A stretch of DNA of 64,000 nucleotides. It comes from a virus. Below, one piece after another: positions 37,767 to 49,300 of the stretch (the stretch's first letter is position 1; each line of letters begins with the position of its first letter). The stretch covers positions 44,292 through 108,291 of the IMG/VR virus record IMGVR_UViG_3300044612_001255, one strand, 5' to 3'. Under the pieces are notes generated by a model that saw only the letters and a program-made list of their open reading frames with translations, had not been told where the DNA came from and searched no databases. Made by a program: the position numbers and the translations under genes.

Positions 37767-40526
37767 ATGAAGGCTGAAATTTTAAAGATAGCAGGTGTTA
37801 AGTCTGAGAAAGAATTTTACAAAAAATTCCCTACAGAAGAATCTTTTATAAAGGTTCATGGGAAAGCTTTGAAGAAAGCTCAAATGGGAGCTATGATTCA
37901 AGGTAATCAATCCCCTCAGACTAATCCTCAACCAATCAACTTTCAACAGTTGTATGACCAGAATGATATGTATATCACTGGTTCGACACAAGACATGCGT
38001 AACAAGCAAGCTCAAGATCAAGCAAGCCTTGCTGCACAACAACAGGCAGCTAATAAGAAATCAGGAATTGCTGATGCGATTGGTCAGATAGGTAGCATGA
38101 TGGGTGGTAGTGGTAAAAATGGCAAAAAGTTAAAGAAGGCTCTTTTTGGAGATGAAACATTACCAATGGGTAAACCAGGCATGTTTGGCAATCTTGGTAA
38201 AGGTATTAGTGCAGGTGTTAGTAAAGCTGGTGGACCAATGGCTGTTGCTCAAGCAGCTGGTGATGTAGTTGGAGGATTCCAACAAATGAAGAATGAAAAA
38301 CAAATAATGAAACAAGCTCAGCAAATGGCTGGTGTAAGTGATGTTGCTCTTCAAGCTTCCATGACACGTCCTGAGCAAGTTCAGAAAAAATATGTACGTC
38401 CAGAAGACAATATTAATACAGGACAAGAGTTCTTTCCTATATATGGTACAGGAACTGTTCTAGCAAAGAATGGTACAGAAATAGCAAATACGTTTGCTCC
38501 TAATACTATTTATACAGATTTAGAAGAAGCTCAGAATGGCATAACCAAGTTTGCACAACAAGGTGGTGGAGATGCTCTTTCCCAACTCACTGCTGGACTA
38601 GGAAGTCCAAAGGGACAAGGTATTAGCGGTGGAGGAAAAATTGGAGGTGGTATTGGAAGTGTAGCAGGTACAATTATTGGTGGTCCAGTTGGAGGTATGA
38701 TTGGAAAGTTTGCTGGTCAAACTATTGGTAATGTCCTAGATAAAAAAGCTGAAAAGACAGAGGCTTTCAATGAAAAAACTCAAGGTAACATTGAACAGAT
38801 GGCTCTTGGTCAAGGAGCACAATCTCTTCAACAAGCAAACGCTTCTTATATGAGAGATGGTGGTATGGCAAATCCACAAGTAATTAATCAGTTTGGTAAT
38901 TACAAATTGAGTCAATTGTTACAACCTGATCCAACAATGGATACATTACGTGCAGGTGGGCATTTAAAAAGTTACACTCCTCCTAGCGAACGTGCAATGT
39001 ATACAGGAAGAGATAAGTTTGCCATGGGTGGTGATCTTAAAACTCATTGGGGTGGATATGCAGAACCTATGTCTTACAATCCATATCTTCCTGAAGGAGG
39101 AGAAACTGTAATGTTCAGAGGTCAGTCTCACGATGAGTCTGATGGAAAAGGTAATACAGGTATTGGAATCACTTATGGTGATAGTCCTGTAGAAGTGGAA
39201 AGAGGAGAACCAGCTATACAACTTAAAAATGGTACAGATGGAGACAATAGTCTTACTGTATATGGTAATTTAGAATTGTCAAAATCTAATGCTGAGCTGA
39301 TTGGTATGCCAGATCAAGCAAAAAGAAAGTATAAGAATATTGTTGATGATTTAAACAAGAAAGAACAGAAACAAAATAAAATTATAGAAAAGTCTGTTAC
39401 AGAACTTGACAAACTAGATTTAAACAATCCTTACAATATACTTTCTTTTGAATCTCGTAAAGCTAGTTTGCTTGGAGCTAATATGAATCTTAAAAAGATT
39501 GCTGATCAAAAAATAAAACTAGCTGACATGCAATCTGCAACCAATGACACTGCTGAAGAGTATGGTTTTGAAGCTGATGCTTTAGCAAAGGGTAAAGTGA
39601 AACAAGCTAAGAAAGGAGCTTCTATTAAGAAAGCTCAGGGTGGAACAGATGAGACATATGATGCTGCTAAAGATCTAGATGAAGCTGTTGTAACTGGTAC
39701 ACGACTTCCAACACTGCAAGAACTAAGAGATTTTAAATTGGAAAAAAGTAATCTTCCAAGAATTGCACCATTCAGCACAGCATCTAAAGAAGATGGTGAA
39801 TTTGATTGGATGACAATTGCTAATCAGATTCTTCCTTATCTAAGACCAAGTGATGCGGAAGAACTTGATCCACGTCAGCTATCTGGAGAGATGCTTGCTC
39901 TTGCTCAAAATCAATTAGAGCCTGTACAAGCACAAACTTTCCAGCCACAACTAAGCACACCTTATGATATTTCTCTTCAGGATATTATGAATAAGAACCA
40001 AGCTGATTACAGAGCTGCTGTAAGAAACACTGGATATAATCCAGCTGCATTAGCTATATTGAATGCACAAAAATACGCAGCTAATCAACAAGTGCTTGGT
40101 GAGCAGTTTAGATTGAATCAAGCTATGAGAGATAAGGTGTATGGTGAGAATAGAGCAATGCTTAACGAATCTAATCTTAAGAACCTCGGTATCCTTGATG
40201 AGCAATACGGAAGACAGCAACAAGCTCTTTCTAATACAAAAGCTACAGCACAAGCTGCTCTTAATTCTATCTCTGCTAAATATCTACAGAACGAAGCTTC
40301 AAATAGAGAGCTTCAAGCATACGAGAACCTTTACAATTTTAGATCTGGTCCAAAAGGAATAATGCAGAATATGAATCCTCTTGCTCAGTTCAACACTGCA
40401 TTAGGAAACTTATCGTCTGCTCAAATTGAAGAAGTGCTTAAACTTAAGAAAGACGAAGAAGCTAAAAAAAATAAGCCCACTGTTACAAAAAATGGTGGTC
40501 TTGTACGAGCAATTAAATCCATGTAA
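37767..40526 (+). CDS. cargo/ejection protein with Gly-rich membrane segments
   Basis: Gly-zipper GGGIGSVAGTIIGGPVGGMIG, GQSHDE...VEVERGE domain, Q/A-rich helices. Confidence 0.7.
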   Translation: MKAEILKIAGVKSEKEFYKKFPTEESFIKVHGKALKKAQMGAMIQGNQSPQTNPQPINFQQLYDQNDMYITGSTQDMRNKQAQDQASLAAQQQAANKKSGIADAIGQIGSMMGGSGKNGKKLKKALFGDETLPMGKPGMFGNLGKGISAGVSKAGGPMAVAQAAGDVVGGFQQMKNEKQIMKQAQQMAGVSDVALQASMTRPEQVQKKYVRPEDNINTGQEFFPIYGTGTVLAKNGTEIANTFAPNTIYTDLEEAQNGITKFAQQGGGDALSQLTAGLGSPKGQGISGGGKIGGGIGSVAGTIIGGPVGGMIGKFAGQTIGNVLDKKAEKTEAFNEKTQGNIEQMALGQGAQSLQQANASYMRDGGMANPQVINQFGNYKLSQLLQPDPTMDTLRAGGHLKSYTPPSERAMYTGRDKFAMGGDLKTHWGGYAEPMSYNPYLPEGGETVMFRGQSHDESDGKGNTGIGITYGDSPVEVERGEPAIQLKNGTDGDNSLTVYGNLELSKSNAELIGMPDQAKRKYKNIVDDLNKKEQKQNKIIEKSVTELDKLDLNNPYNILSFESRKASLLGANMNLKKIADQKIKLADMQSATNDTAEEYGFEADALAKGKVKQAKKGASIKKAQGGTDETYDAAKDLDEAVVTGTRLPTLQELRDFKLEKSNLPRIAPFSTASKEDGEFDWMTIANQILPYLRPSDAEELDPRQLSGEMLALAQNQLEPVQAQTFQPQLSTPYDISLQDIMNKNQADYRAAVRNTGYNPAALAILNAQKYAANQQVLGEQFRLNQAMRDKVYGENRAMLNESNLKNLGILDEQYGRQQQALSNTKATAQAALNSISAKYLQNEASNRELQAYENLYNFRSGPKGIMQNMNPLAQFNTALGNLSSAQIEEVLKLKKDEEAKKNKPTVTKNGGLVRAIKSM

Positions 40527-40567
40527 TCTGGAGTATTACTACTAAATTTCATAAAAAAATAAACAAC

Positions 40568-43336
40568 ATGGCTTCATTTACAGATGCAATACCTCAGTTT
40601 AACCCATACATTCAACAGCTTCCTGTTGAGGCTATGGTTACTGTTGGTATGGAGAAGCAACAGCGTTACGACCAAGGGTTACAAAAGATCCAATCTCAGA
40701 TAGATCAAGTTGCAGGGTTAGACATATATAGAACAGAAGATAAGCAACTATTGCAATCTAAACTAAATGAGCTTGGCTCTAAACTGAAGACTGTTGCAGC
40801 TGCTGACTTTTCTAACTATCAGTTAGTTAACTCTGTAGCAGGAATGGCAGGAACTGTTATGAAAGATCCAGCAATTTTTGCTGCTGTTCAGTCTACACAA
40901 AATATCAAGAATAATGAGAAGTTAATGGAGGAGGCTAGACAGAAGAACGAGCTCACTCCTGATAACTTGGATTACTATAACAAAAAATTATTAGCATACG
41001 AAAACTCTGGACTCCTTGATGAAAGAGGAAAGCCTATAGTATTTAATGCTAAGTACGACCCTCACTTTGATGTAGATAAATTTACAAGAGAAACTTTCAA
41101 TGCAGTAAAGCCAAGTGGATTAACTTGGGATGAAGTGTTCACAAAAGATGTAGATGGTAAAACTGTATATTCTCCTGTAATGTTACAAATGGAGAAAGAA
41201 GGTATATTCCCTGAGACAGTAAGGCAAACCATTGATCAAATATTCTCAGATCCAAGAGTTGCAAAACAACTCCAAATTACTGGTGAATATAATTATAAAG
41301 GGCAAGATGCAAATAGTTTAAAAACTATGCTTGTAGGTCAACAGGATTTTAAAATAGCTGAAATCAATAATGAGATTCAAGACCTTACACTAAAAAAGAA
41401 TTCTACTGAAAATCTAGAAGAGAAAGGTAAAATTGATATTCAAATAAAAAATCTCAAAGACGAGATACTCCCTAAAATTAAAAGTAGTTACGCATCACTT
41501 CTTAAAGCAGCTGACTCTAACACTGAGGCTGTAAGAGGATATCTCTATGAGAATGATGTCAGAGGTAGATATACAAGCATGTTTGGTTATATGAAAACTA
41601 AACAGAATAGAGTGCAAGATCCTGATTGGAAAGCTAATTTCGACATGGAGAATGAAACTCAAAGAAGAAGAGAGTGGAGTGCAGACTATTCATATAGAGA
41701 AAGAAGAGATGAAATAGAAGATAAACAGTGGGAAGCTGAACAAGCTCTTGCACGTAAAAAAGCTGGTGAAGAAAGTGGAAGAAGGGCTCTTGGGGAAAAC
41801 TTTGATATAGATAACTTTGATCAAACTTATGATGCTGTAGCTACGCAATATGAAAATTATGATGCTGCATCTCAAGCATATACTAATTCAGGAAATGAAT
41901 TAATTTATAGATCATACTATTCATCTGATCCACAACAAAGAGCTAGACTACAAGATTTAATTAATCGTGGCAGCACTAGAGAAGAAGCCATTACAGCAAT
42001 GGTTGATCAAGATGCAAAAGCATCTAAAGTTGATGTTAATACATTTAGAACAAATAAAATAAACGAGTCTGTAGCAACACTAACTCGAAAAGGTTCTGGA
42101 AACATAGCAAAAGAATTATCAGATGCTATAGCTGTCTATACTCAATCTAGAAGAACTTTCGAAAATGCAAAAACTTCGAAAGATGAAATGGATAAAGTGG
42201 ATAATGGAGTGCTAGGCCAAACGCTTGGTAAGCTATATGAAGGTGATGAAATAAAACCACAAACTATAAAGTTTAGAGGTAGTGACATTACTTTATCCAA
42301 ACAAAATATTATTGATTTAGGTGTATATCTACGTGGTTACAAACACGTATATGGTTTTGCTATTGATGATACTGCTAGAGAAGCTGCAAAAGCTGCTAAG
42401 GTAAGACTCAGTGATCGAGGTTTAGATGGTGTTCTAGAATATGTAATGAGAACTAGAGGCTCGCAGTATGCAGGTGGTTTAGATATAGGTACTAAATTAG
42501 CTAGAACACTTGGCTCCCCGTTTGAAGTAGTAACAGATATATATTCTAACGTTATGGGAGAAACTGGTGAAATTAGTCCCTTGATTAATGAAGTTGATAA
42601 AGTGTATAACGCAATTAATAATTCAGCTTATTCAGAAGGTCTTCAGAAAAAAAGTGAGGTGGCAAAAAGATTTGTAACTCCTGCAAATTTGTCTACTGGT
42701 ATCTTTACAGATAAAGATGCAACTAATAATTTAATTCTATCTGATTTAAAAAGAGTAGCAGCTAATTATAGTGATGTTGGAAATTATTCTCCTGACTATA
42801 AAGATTTTATAGATCATGTATCAGATATAACAGATCCAAAAGAACTAACTATTAAAGCTGGTATTAAGTCTCTTCCAGGAGGGCAACAAGTTGTTGAACT
42901 AGTTGCGTTTGATGGGGGTGTACGAAAAGGCGGACTTACACTTCAGCCAGATGAAGCAGATAATTTTGTAGATACATCAAATCTTTATGTTTCTCAAGAT
43001 CAATTGATGGCTCAAAATGCCATGATTGCAAAGGGATTAAATTCAACATCTTATGGTGATGCAGATGATGTTGAAACATATATGAATAGAGATGCTGAAT
43101 TTCAAAAAATAAGAGGAGATTTTCCACAGTTACAAGGGCTCTCAGGCTATGATGTTATGGGAAATATAGTAAATTTGAATGGGAGATATTACGGGAAGGT
43201 TTTTGTACAGGATTTAACAAGTGGTAAACCGTACATGTTTACAACTGATGGATATGACTTCCCCACTGTCTATAATACCATGAGAGCTATCACACCTAAT
43301 GAAATTGGGAGAATTGTTAACACACCTACAAAGTAA
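40568..43336 (+). CDS. large cargo/ejection protein
   Basis: 922-aa helical protein directly upstream of the virion RNAP gene. Confidence 0.7.
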   Translation: MASFTDAIPQFNPYIQQLPVEAMVTVGMEKQQRYDQGLQKIQSQIDQVAGLDIYRTEDKQLLQSKLNELGSKLKTVAAADFSNYQLVNSVAGMAGTVMKDPAIFAAVQSTQNIKNNEKLMEEARQKNELTPDNLDYYNKKLLAYENSGLLDERGKPIVFNAKYDPHFDVDKFTRETFNAVKPSGLTWDEVFTKDVDGKTVYSPVMLQMEKEGIFPETVRQTIDQIFSDPRVAKQLQITGEYNYKGQDANSLKTMLVGQQDFKIAEINNEIQDLTLKKNSTENLEEKGKIDIQIKNLKDEILPKIKSSYASLLKAADSNTEAVRGYLYENDVRGRYTSMFGYMKTKQNRVQDPDWKANFDMENETQRRREWSADYSYRERRDEIEDKQWEAEQALARKKAGEESGRRALGENFDIDNFDQTYDAVATQYENYDAASQAYTNSGNELIYRSYYSSDPQQRARLQDLINRGSTREEAITAMVDQDAKASKVDVNTFRTNKINESVATLTRKGSGNIAKELSDAIAVYTQSRRTFENAKTSKDEMDKVDNGVLGQTLGKLYEGDEIKPQTIKFRGSDITLSKQNIIDLGVYLRGYKHVYGFAIDDTAREAAKAAKVRLSDRGLDGVLEYVMRTRGSQYAGGLDIGTKLARTLGSPFEVVTDIYSNVMGETGEISPLINEVDKVYNAINNSAYSEGLQKKSEVAKRFVTPANLSTGIFTDKDATNNLILSDLKRVAANYSDVGNYSPDYKDFIDHVSDITDPKELTIKAGIKSLPGGQQVVELVAFDGGVRKGGLTLQPDEADNFVDTSNLYVSQDQLMAQNAMIAKGLNSTSYGDADDVETYMNRDAEFQKIRGDFPQLQGLSGYDVMGNIVNLNGRYYGKVFVQDLTSGKPYMFTTDGYDFPTVYNTMRAITPNEIGRIVNTPTK

Positions 43337-43338
43337 CA

Positions 43339-46300
43339 ATGGAAGAAGAAAATGTTGTAAACCCTAAAGGAGTTTCTAATGAAATTCCTTATCCAATAAT
43401 TCCTAACAATCCTGGAAATCAAGTGCCTGGAGAACTTCCTTCTGCAAGGGAAGCTTTTGCCAAATTAGCTGAGCAAAATAGATTTACTGGAGCCCAGAAC
43501 ATTCCTATTTCTTCTTTCTATTCTGGGGGTAACAGATATGGAAAAACAAGACCATTTACTAATTTCGAAGAAATGGCTGCACAAAAGCAGTCTGGATTTG
43601 ATCAAGTTAGAAATGGTCTTGGAAAGGCAGTGGGTATTGCTGGTACGTCTTTCATATCTGGTACAGTTGGATTATTAAATGGTATAGGTTCTTCTATTGC
43701 TAACCAACAGTTTTCTAAACTGTATGATAATCCTACAACACAGTTTATGGATAGGCTTCAGAAGGGTATGGAAGACTATGCTCCTAACTATTATAGACAA
43801 GCTGAGACAGATGCTGAATGGTGGCAATCAGATAACCTACTAACTCCTAACTTCTGGGCAGATAAGGTTATAAAAAATATTGGTTATGGAATTGGTTCTA
43901 TAGCTGGTGGTGCTGCTTGGACTAAAGCATTCAAGTTAGTTGGTAAAGCAAATGCTTTAGTTAAACTTGGCAAAGGTGCAGAGACTGCTGCTACCATTGA
44001 GAAGGCTATGCAGGTTGTTCCTAGGGCACAAAAAATATCAGCTATTGAAGGTGCGTTAGGAAATCTTTCCCAAGGTATAAAGTCACAAATTACAAATAAT
44101 GGACAACGTACATTAACGTCTGTCATGGGTACGTTTGGTGAAGCTTCTATTGAATCTTTGCAAAAGTCAAATGAGTTTAGAGATAATGCTATTGCTGAAT
44201 TTAGAAGTCAAAATGGTATAGATCCAACAGGGAAAGATCTTGATGACATAAATGCATTTGCTGAGAAGGCAGGTAATTATGTATGGGGTATGAATACTAT
44301 TCTTCTAACTGCATCAAACTATATTCAACTTCCTAAAATCTTAGGTTCTTCTAGAAAGGTGGAGAAAGCATTCATCAATGACTTAACACAAAAAGGACTT
44401 GGTAAAGAGTTTATTGAAAAAACTGCAAAAACAAGATTTGGAAAAATAGTAGATACAACAAAAGGTTTGGGTAGATTCTTTATTCAACCAACAGAAGCTG
44501 CTGAAGAAGGGATGCAGTTTGCAATTGCTTCAGGTGTTGATGATTATTTTAACAGAGCCTACACTAATAGAGAAGATCTTGGAACATTCCTAGAAACTAT
44601 TTCTGGAGCAATGGGAAATGTATTTGGAGAAGGCATTGATAAAACTCTAAGTACAAAAGAAGGTATTGAAAGTATATTAATTGGTTCTCTTGCTGGAGGT
44701 ATTCAGCAAGCACCAATGTCTATTTATAGAGAAGGACTTACTGGCAAAGGTGGGCAAAGAAAAAGAAATACTGACATTGCTCTTAAGCAGCTCAATGAGA
44801 CAAACATTGCAGCATCATTAAAAGACCAAGCTAACTTCTTGGCTGTTGGTATAGGTTCTCAAACAATGCGTCAGCAGGCAATAGAGAACAATGATATTCT
44901 TTCAGAAAAAGATTACGAAGCTGATTACTCTCTATCATACTTGATGCCTCGTGCGAAGTATGGTAAGATGGAAAATGTTTATGAAGAACTTGAATACTAC
45001 AAAGAACAAGCATTAAATCCTCAAGGCTTTGCAGAATTGCAAACTGCTGGTGTAGCTTTTGAAAAAGAGTCACCTGCACAATTTGTACAAAGAATTGGAA
45101 ATCTTGAGAATACAGCAAAGGCTGTACAAAAGCACTACGATAATATTAATGAAACCTATGCAGGTGTTTTTAAGACAGATGCAGATGGTAAGATTATTGA
45201 AGATGCAAAAGGAAGGCCTATAAGAAAATACAATCCTGTAGTAGTGGATAAACTTGTTTATGCAGCAAGTAAGATTGATGACTATTCAGCAAGAATTCCA
45301 GGACTAACATCAGTGTTATCTAGTGCAGGTATTAATATTTCTACAATTCTAAATGATGTTCTAGTATCAGAGAAACCTACCATTGAAGCTGTAAAAGAAT
45401 CCATTGATCAAATCAATGCAATGGATGTTGTTAGCGATGTTAAGGATAACTTGAAAAGATCTCTATCAGACTTAATCGAAATGTCACTTAGAAGAAAAGT
45501 GTTCATTGATGATTATAATGATATAAAAAAGAATCCAGAAGTTTTTGAAGCTTTTAGTAGAGCTGAAAGGTTTCGTGAGAAAGGACCTGTAGATGTCACT
45601 CAACAAGAAGGTGGAAAGTCAGTAGTAAAAACTTTAAAGGTGGGCCAAGAGTATTCTTTGGCTGAGCCTATTAGACTTGAGAATGGTAAAATAACACTTG
45701 CTCCAAAGTTTACAATAATTTCTGAAACATTAGGTGGAGAGTTTGAGGTGAGACTTCCTAATGGTAAAGAAGTATTTCTTTCACCACTAGAGTTTAAAAC
45801 ATATAATATATCTGAAGAAGACAACACTTCCCAGGAATTTGAAAATGCATTGAATCAATCTATTGATGACGTACTTCAATATCCTGCCTTTAGAGACGTT
45901 ATTGAGAAGCCAGGAGAAAAGGTAAACAAACTTGCATACATTAACTCTCTTGGCAATCAAAAGCTCAGCGAAGCTGTTGTAAATAGATTTAAAAGACTTA
46001 CTAAAGATATTGTTGAATTAAAAGCTAAGCAGAAAGAAGTCGATAATAAAATAAAGGAACAAAGTTCTGACATTAATAGTCAACAAGATGAAGAGGCTCA
46101 AGCATCAACTGATCCAAAGGTTGAGCTGATTCCATTCGATACACGAATTGATACAGGAGAAACTGGTCCTTTAAAATCTGCTGCTAGATTCTTTAATGCA
46201 AGTAGTAATGAATCTGATGATCCTAATTATAAATATTACAATCCTAATCCTTCTCCACACATTATTCGTGCTAGAGTATTTTTGAATAATGCTAAGAGCA

Positions 46301-49300
46301 ATAAAAATAGAGATAAGTTTAGAGCTATAACATTTACGTACAACCAAGAGAATGATCTTGGACTTTCTGGAGTTACACAACTATCATACGGTGCTAATTG
46401 GGAAACTCAAAAAGGAACTGTCAATGACCTCATTGATGGATTCATAGCACAAGTGTATGTAGAGGTGGATGGCAAGAACAGATATTTTATTGACCAGAAT
46501 GGCAATAGAATAAAAGGTGCTGATGGTAAGGATGTGAAAGTGGGTCAACAAGTTGATCTAGGGAAAGTTGTATTTGAGACACGTCCTACAGCAAGAGAAT
46601 ACAATAGCGATAATAGCGATAGATTCAGAACTCGTCAGAAAGAAGAGTTTATGGATAATATGGAAACTTGGAAGCAGCAGAGAGAAATCTTGTTAGGCAA
46701 TCCTGCCAAACAAATGGCTCCAATGGCTGCAAAAGATCTTCCTACTAATTCATTCATGATCTCTAAAGGTTTTCCACTTATCACTGAAAAGGTAGATGGA
46801 AAATATGTTAAGAATAAAGTAGGTGACACCCTTATTACAGAGTCTCAAATTGAAACTCAATCAGGACTGTTGAAGATTTCAACAGGAACTCCTATTGTAC
46901 ACAGTGGTGAGAACATGAATGCTAAACCTGGAATAGTGTATCTACAAGATAGAGATATGCTACAGGTTCTTAATAATAACTTGTTAGGTGCTAAGAAAGG
47001 CAAGTCAGTGTATGAAGTGATTAAGTCACTCATCAATGACATGCAGCAACAAGCAGCTGATGATAAACCTATACAGTTAGATAGACAAAAACTTAAGTAT
47101 CTAGGATCTGTAATGATTTATGCACGTCCTACAAAAGACATGTTGAATAATCAATTATGGATTGATATTGATTCTATGTCTGTAATGCTTGGTAACAATT
47201 CATATTCATTCAGTGATTTCTTGAAGAATGAAGCAGACGTTATCAAAGCTTTCTCTAGCGTATATCATTCTGCAAATAAAAGATTACTAGATAAGGCTGA
47301 ACCTCATTACGAGTTTGTCTTCAAGGATGGTAAACTAGACTTTGTCAAGTGGCCAAACTATCAATCCTACTTACTATCTGGAACAGATAGATCTGTAGAT
47401 GAGGTACCATTTGTAACTAATGTTAGAAAGAAATCTGACGCACTTCCTTACAACTTTAGAGGTAAGTATGCATATATATCAAACTTCACTGTAGGTGAAA
47501 AGAATACAAACTTCACAGCCCCAGAAGCTCAAGAAGAAAAAGCTCCAGTAGCTCCTCCTATAGAAAGTAAGTCTGAAAGTAATTCTCCTTCAGAAGTAGC
47601 TGAAGCTCTTCCAGTTTTAAACGTGGGAGGATTCACGCTTAACAATGGTTCTACGAATATTGTAGAAGTGTCTAAGCAGCCTATTGAATTCATTGGAACA
47701 GTGAATGAGAAGGGACAGATTAAAGTGGATTTAGATTTTAGAACAGAAGCAAATCAAAAATCTTTTGAGAATGTTGCTGCTGTAATTTCAGAAGAAACAT
47801 TAAATACATATAGAGCAGCTATTCCTCAGCTGAATGAAAGTTCTTCCAAAGAAGATACTATTGTTGAATTCTTTAGATATCAAATAACAGCTAAGATCAA
47901 CAAAGCTCTTAAGGCTCAACAAGAAGCTTCAGCTCCTGCTGCTCCAGTTGTTCCTGCTTCTGATATAGAAGCTAAGAAATTTGATATAGAAAGTTTATTT
48001 AGTATAAATGCCCAGTCTATAATAGATAACAAAGCAGATATACTTTCTAATCCTACTAAATATGAAACTACTCAAACTGTAGGAAATGTTACAACAGAAC
48101 AAACTGTAGACGTTTCAAAAGGAAACATAACAGTTATACAACGTATCTCATCTAATGATAAATCAATATCTTTTTCTAATCGTATTTATTTAAGTTCTAA
48201 GGGTGAAGTTTCTTCTATAATATCTAGAGAAGGGGGAATATCTTTCTTTAAAGATAAGTCAGGGGTTGTTAATGAAGAAGCCAAATTAAAAATGGTAAAT
48301 CTTGCGGAAACAGTAAAAAATTACTTCCCTGAAATCTTTAGTAAAATAGAAGAATATGCTAAGAAGTATAAAGGATTTGTAACTAGTACTGATAACTTTA
48401 GAGAAACTGTTAGACAAACAAAATTTATAGATGCTTTTGATTCTTTCTTATATAATAAAGATTTACTATCAGATGCAGACTTTGCAAGAATAACTTTACA
48501 TAATGCAGAACTAGCTGCTCTAGAAGGTGCTGCATCTACTGAACAAGTATCTAGTAAACAAGTAGAACTAGATCAATATTTAGAGAATGTAGATTACAGA
48601 CCACAAAGCTTAGATCTAGTTGTGTCTAATAGTGGTGTTGATAAATACACAGTTATCGAAGCTGCTAAAAATGTAGAAGAGGCTTCTAATAAAAAATATG
48701 GATTTGGTAGCATTATTCATACACTTAAAGTAACAGGAGGTAATTTAAACTATCCAAATACAACGAAGCCTGAGAGAGAAAGAATACGTTTATATAACGA
48801 AGAACTTGCAAAACTTACAGGCAAACCTGTTGAACAACCAACACCTCCTGCACAACAACCAGCAGCTGAAGCACCTCCAAAATCTAACAAAGGTAAATTC
48901 AAGTCTGGATACAGTGATACAAGAGCTGTATCAAAAGGAGAACTATTTGCTGAGAGAATCTCTGACAGAGACATTAAAGCATTTAAAAAATGGCATGCTG
49001 AGAAAGTACCATTCATACCTTATGAAATCCTTGAACAGATTTACAAATCACTTGATGGTATTGTTGCATGGGGTGTGTTTGAAGGAGGAGTTGCTAAGTT
49101 CTTCAAACGTGGTTTGCGTGGTACAGAGTATCATGAAATATTTGAAGCTATATGGAAGGGATTTCTTTCAGAATCAGAAAGAGCTGCACTCATTGATGAG
49201 TTTAAAAATAGACCTGGTTACTTCTTAGATAGAGAGTCTGGTCAACAGATTGCTTTTTCTGAAGCTACAGACAGACAAGTTAAAGAACGTATTGCTGACG

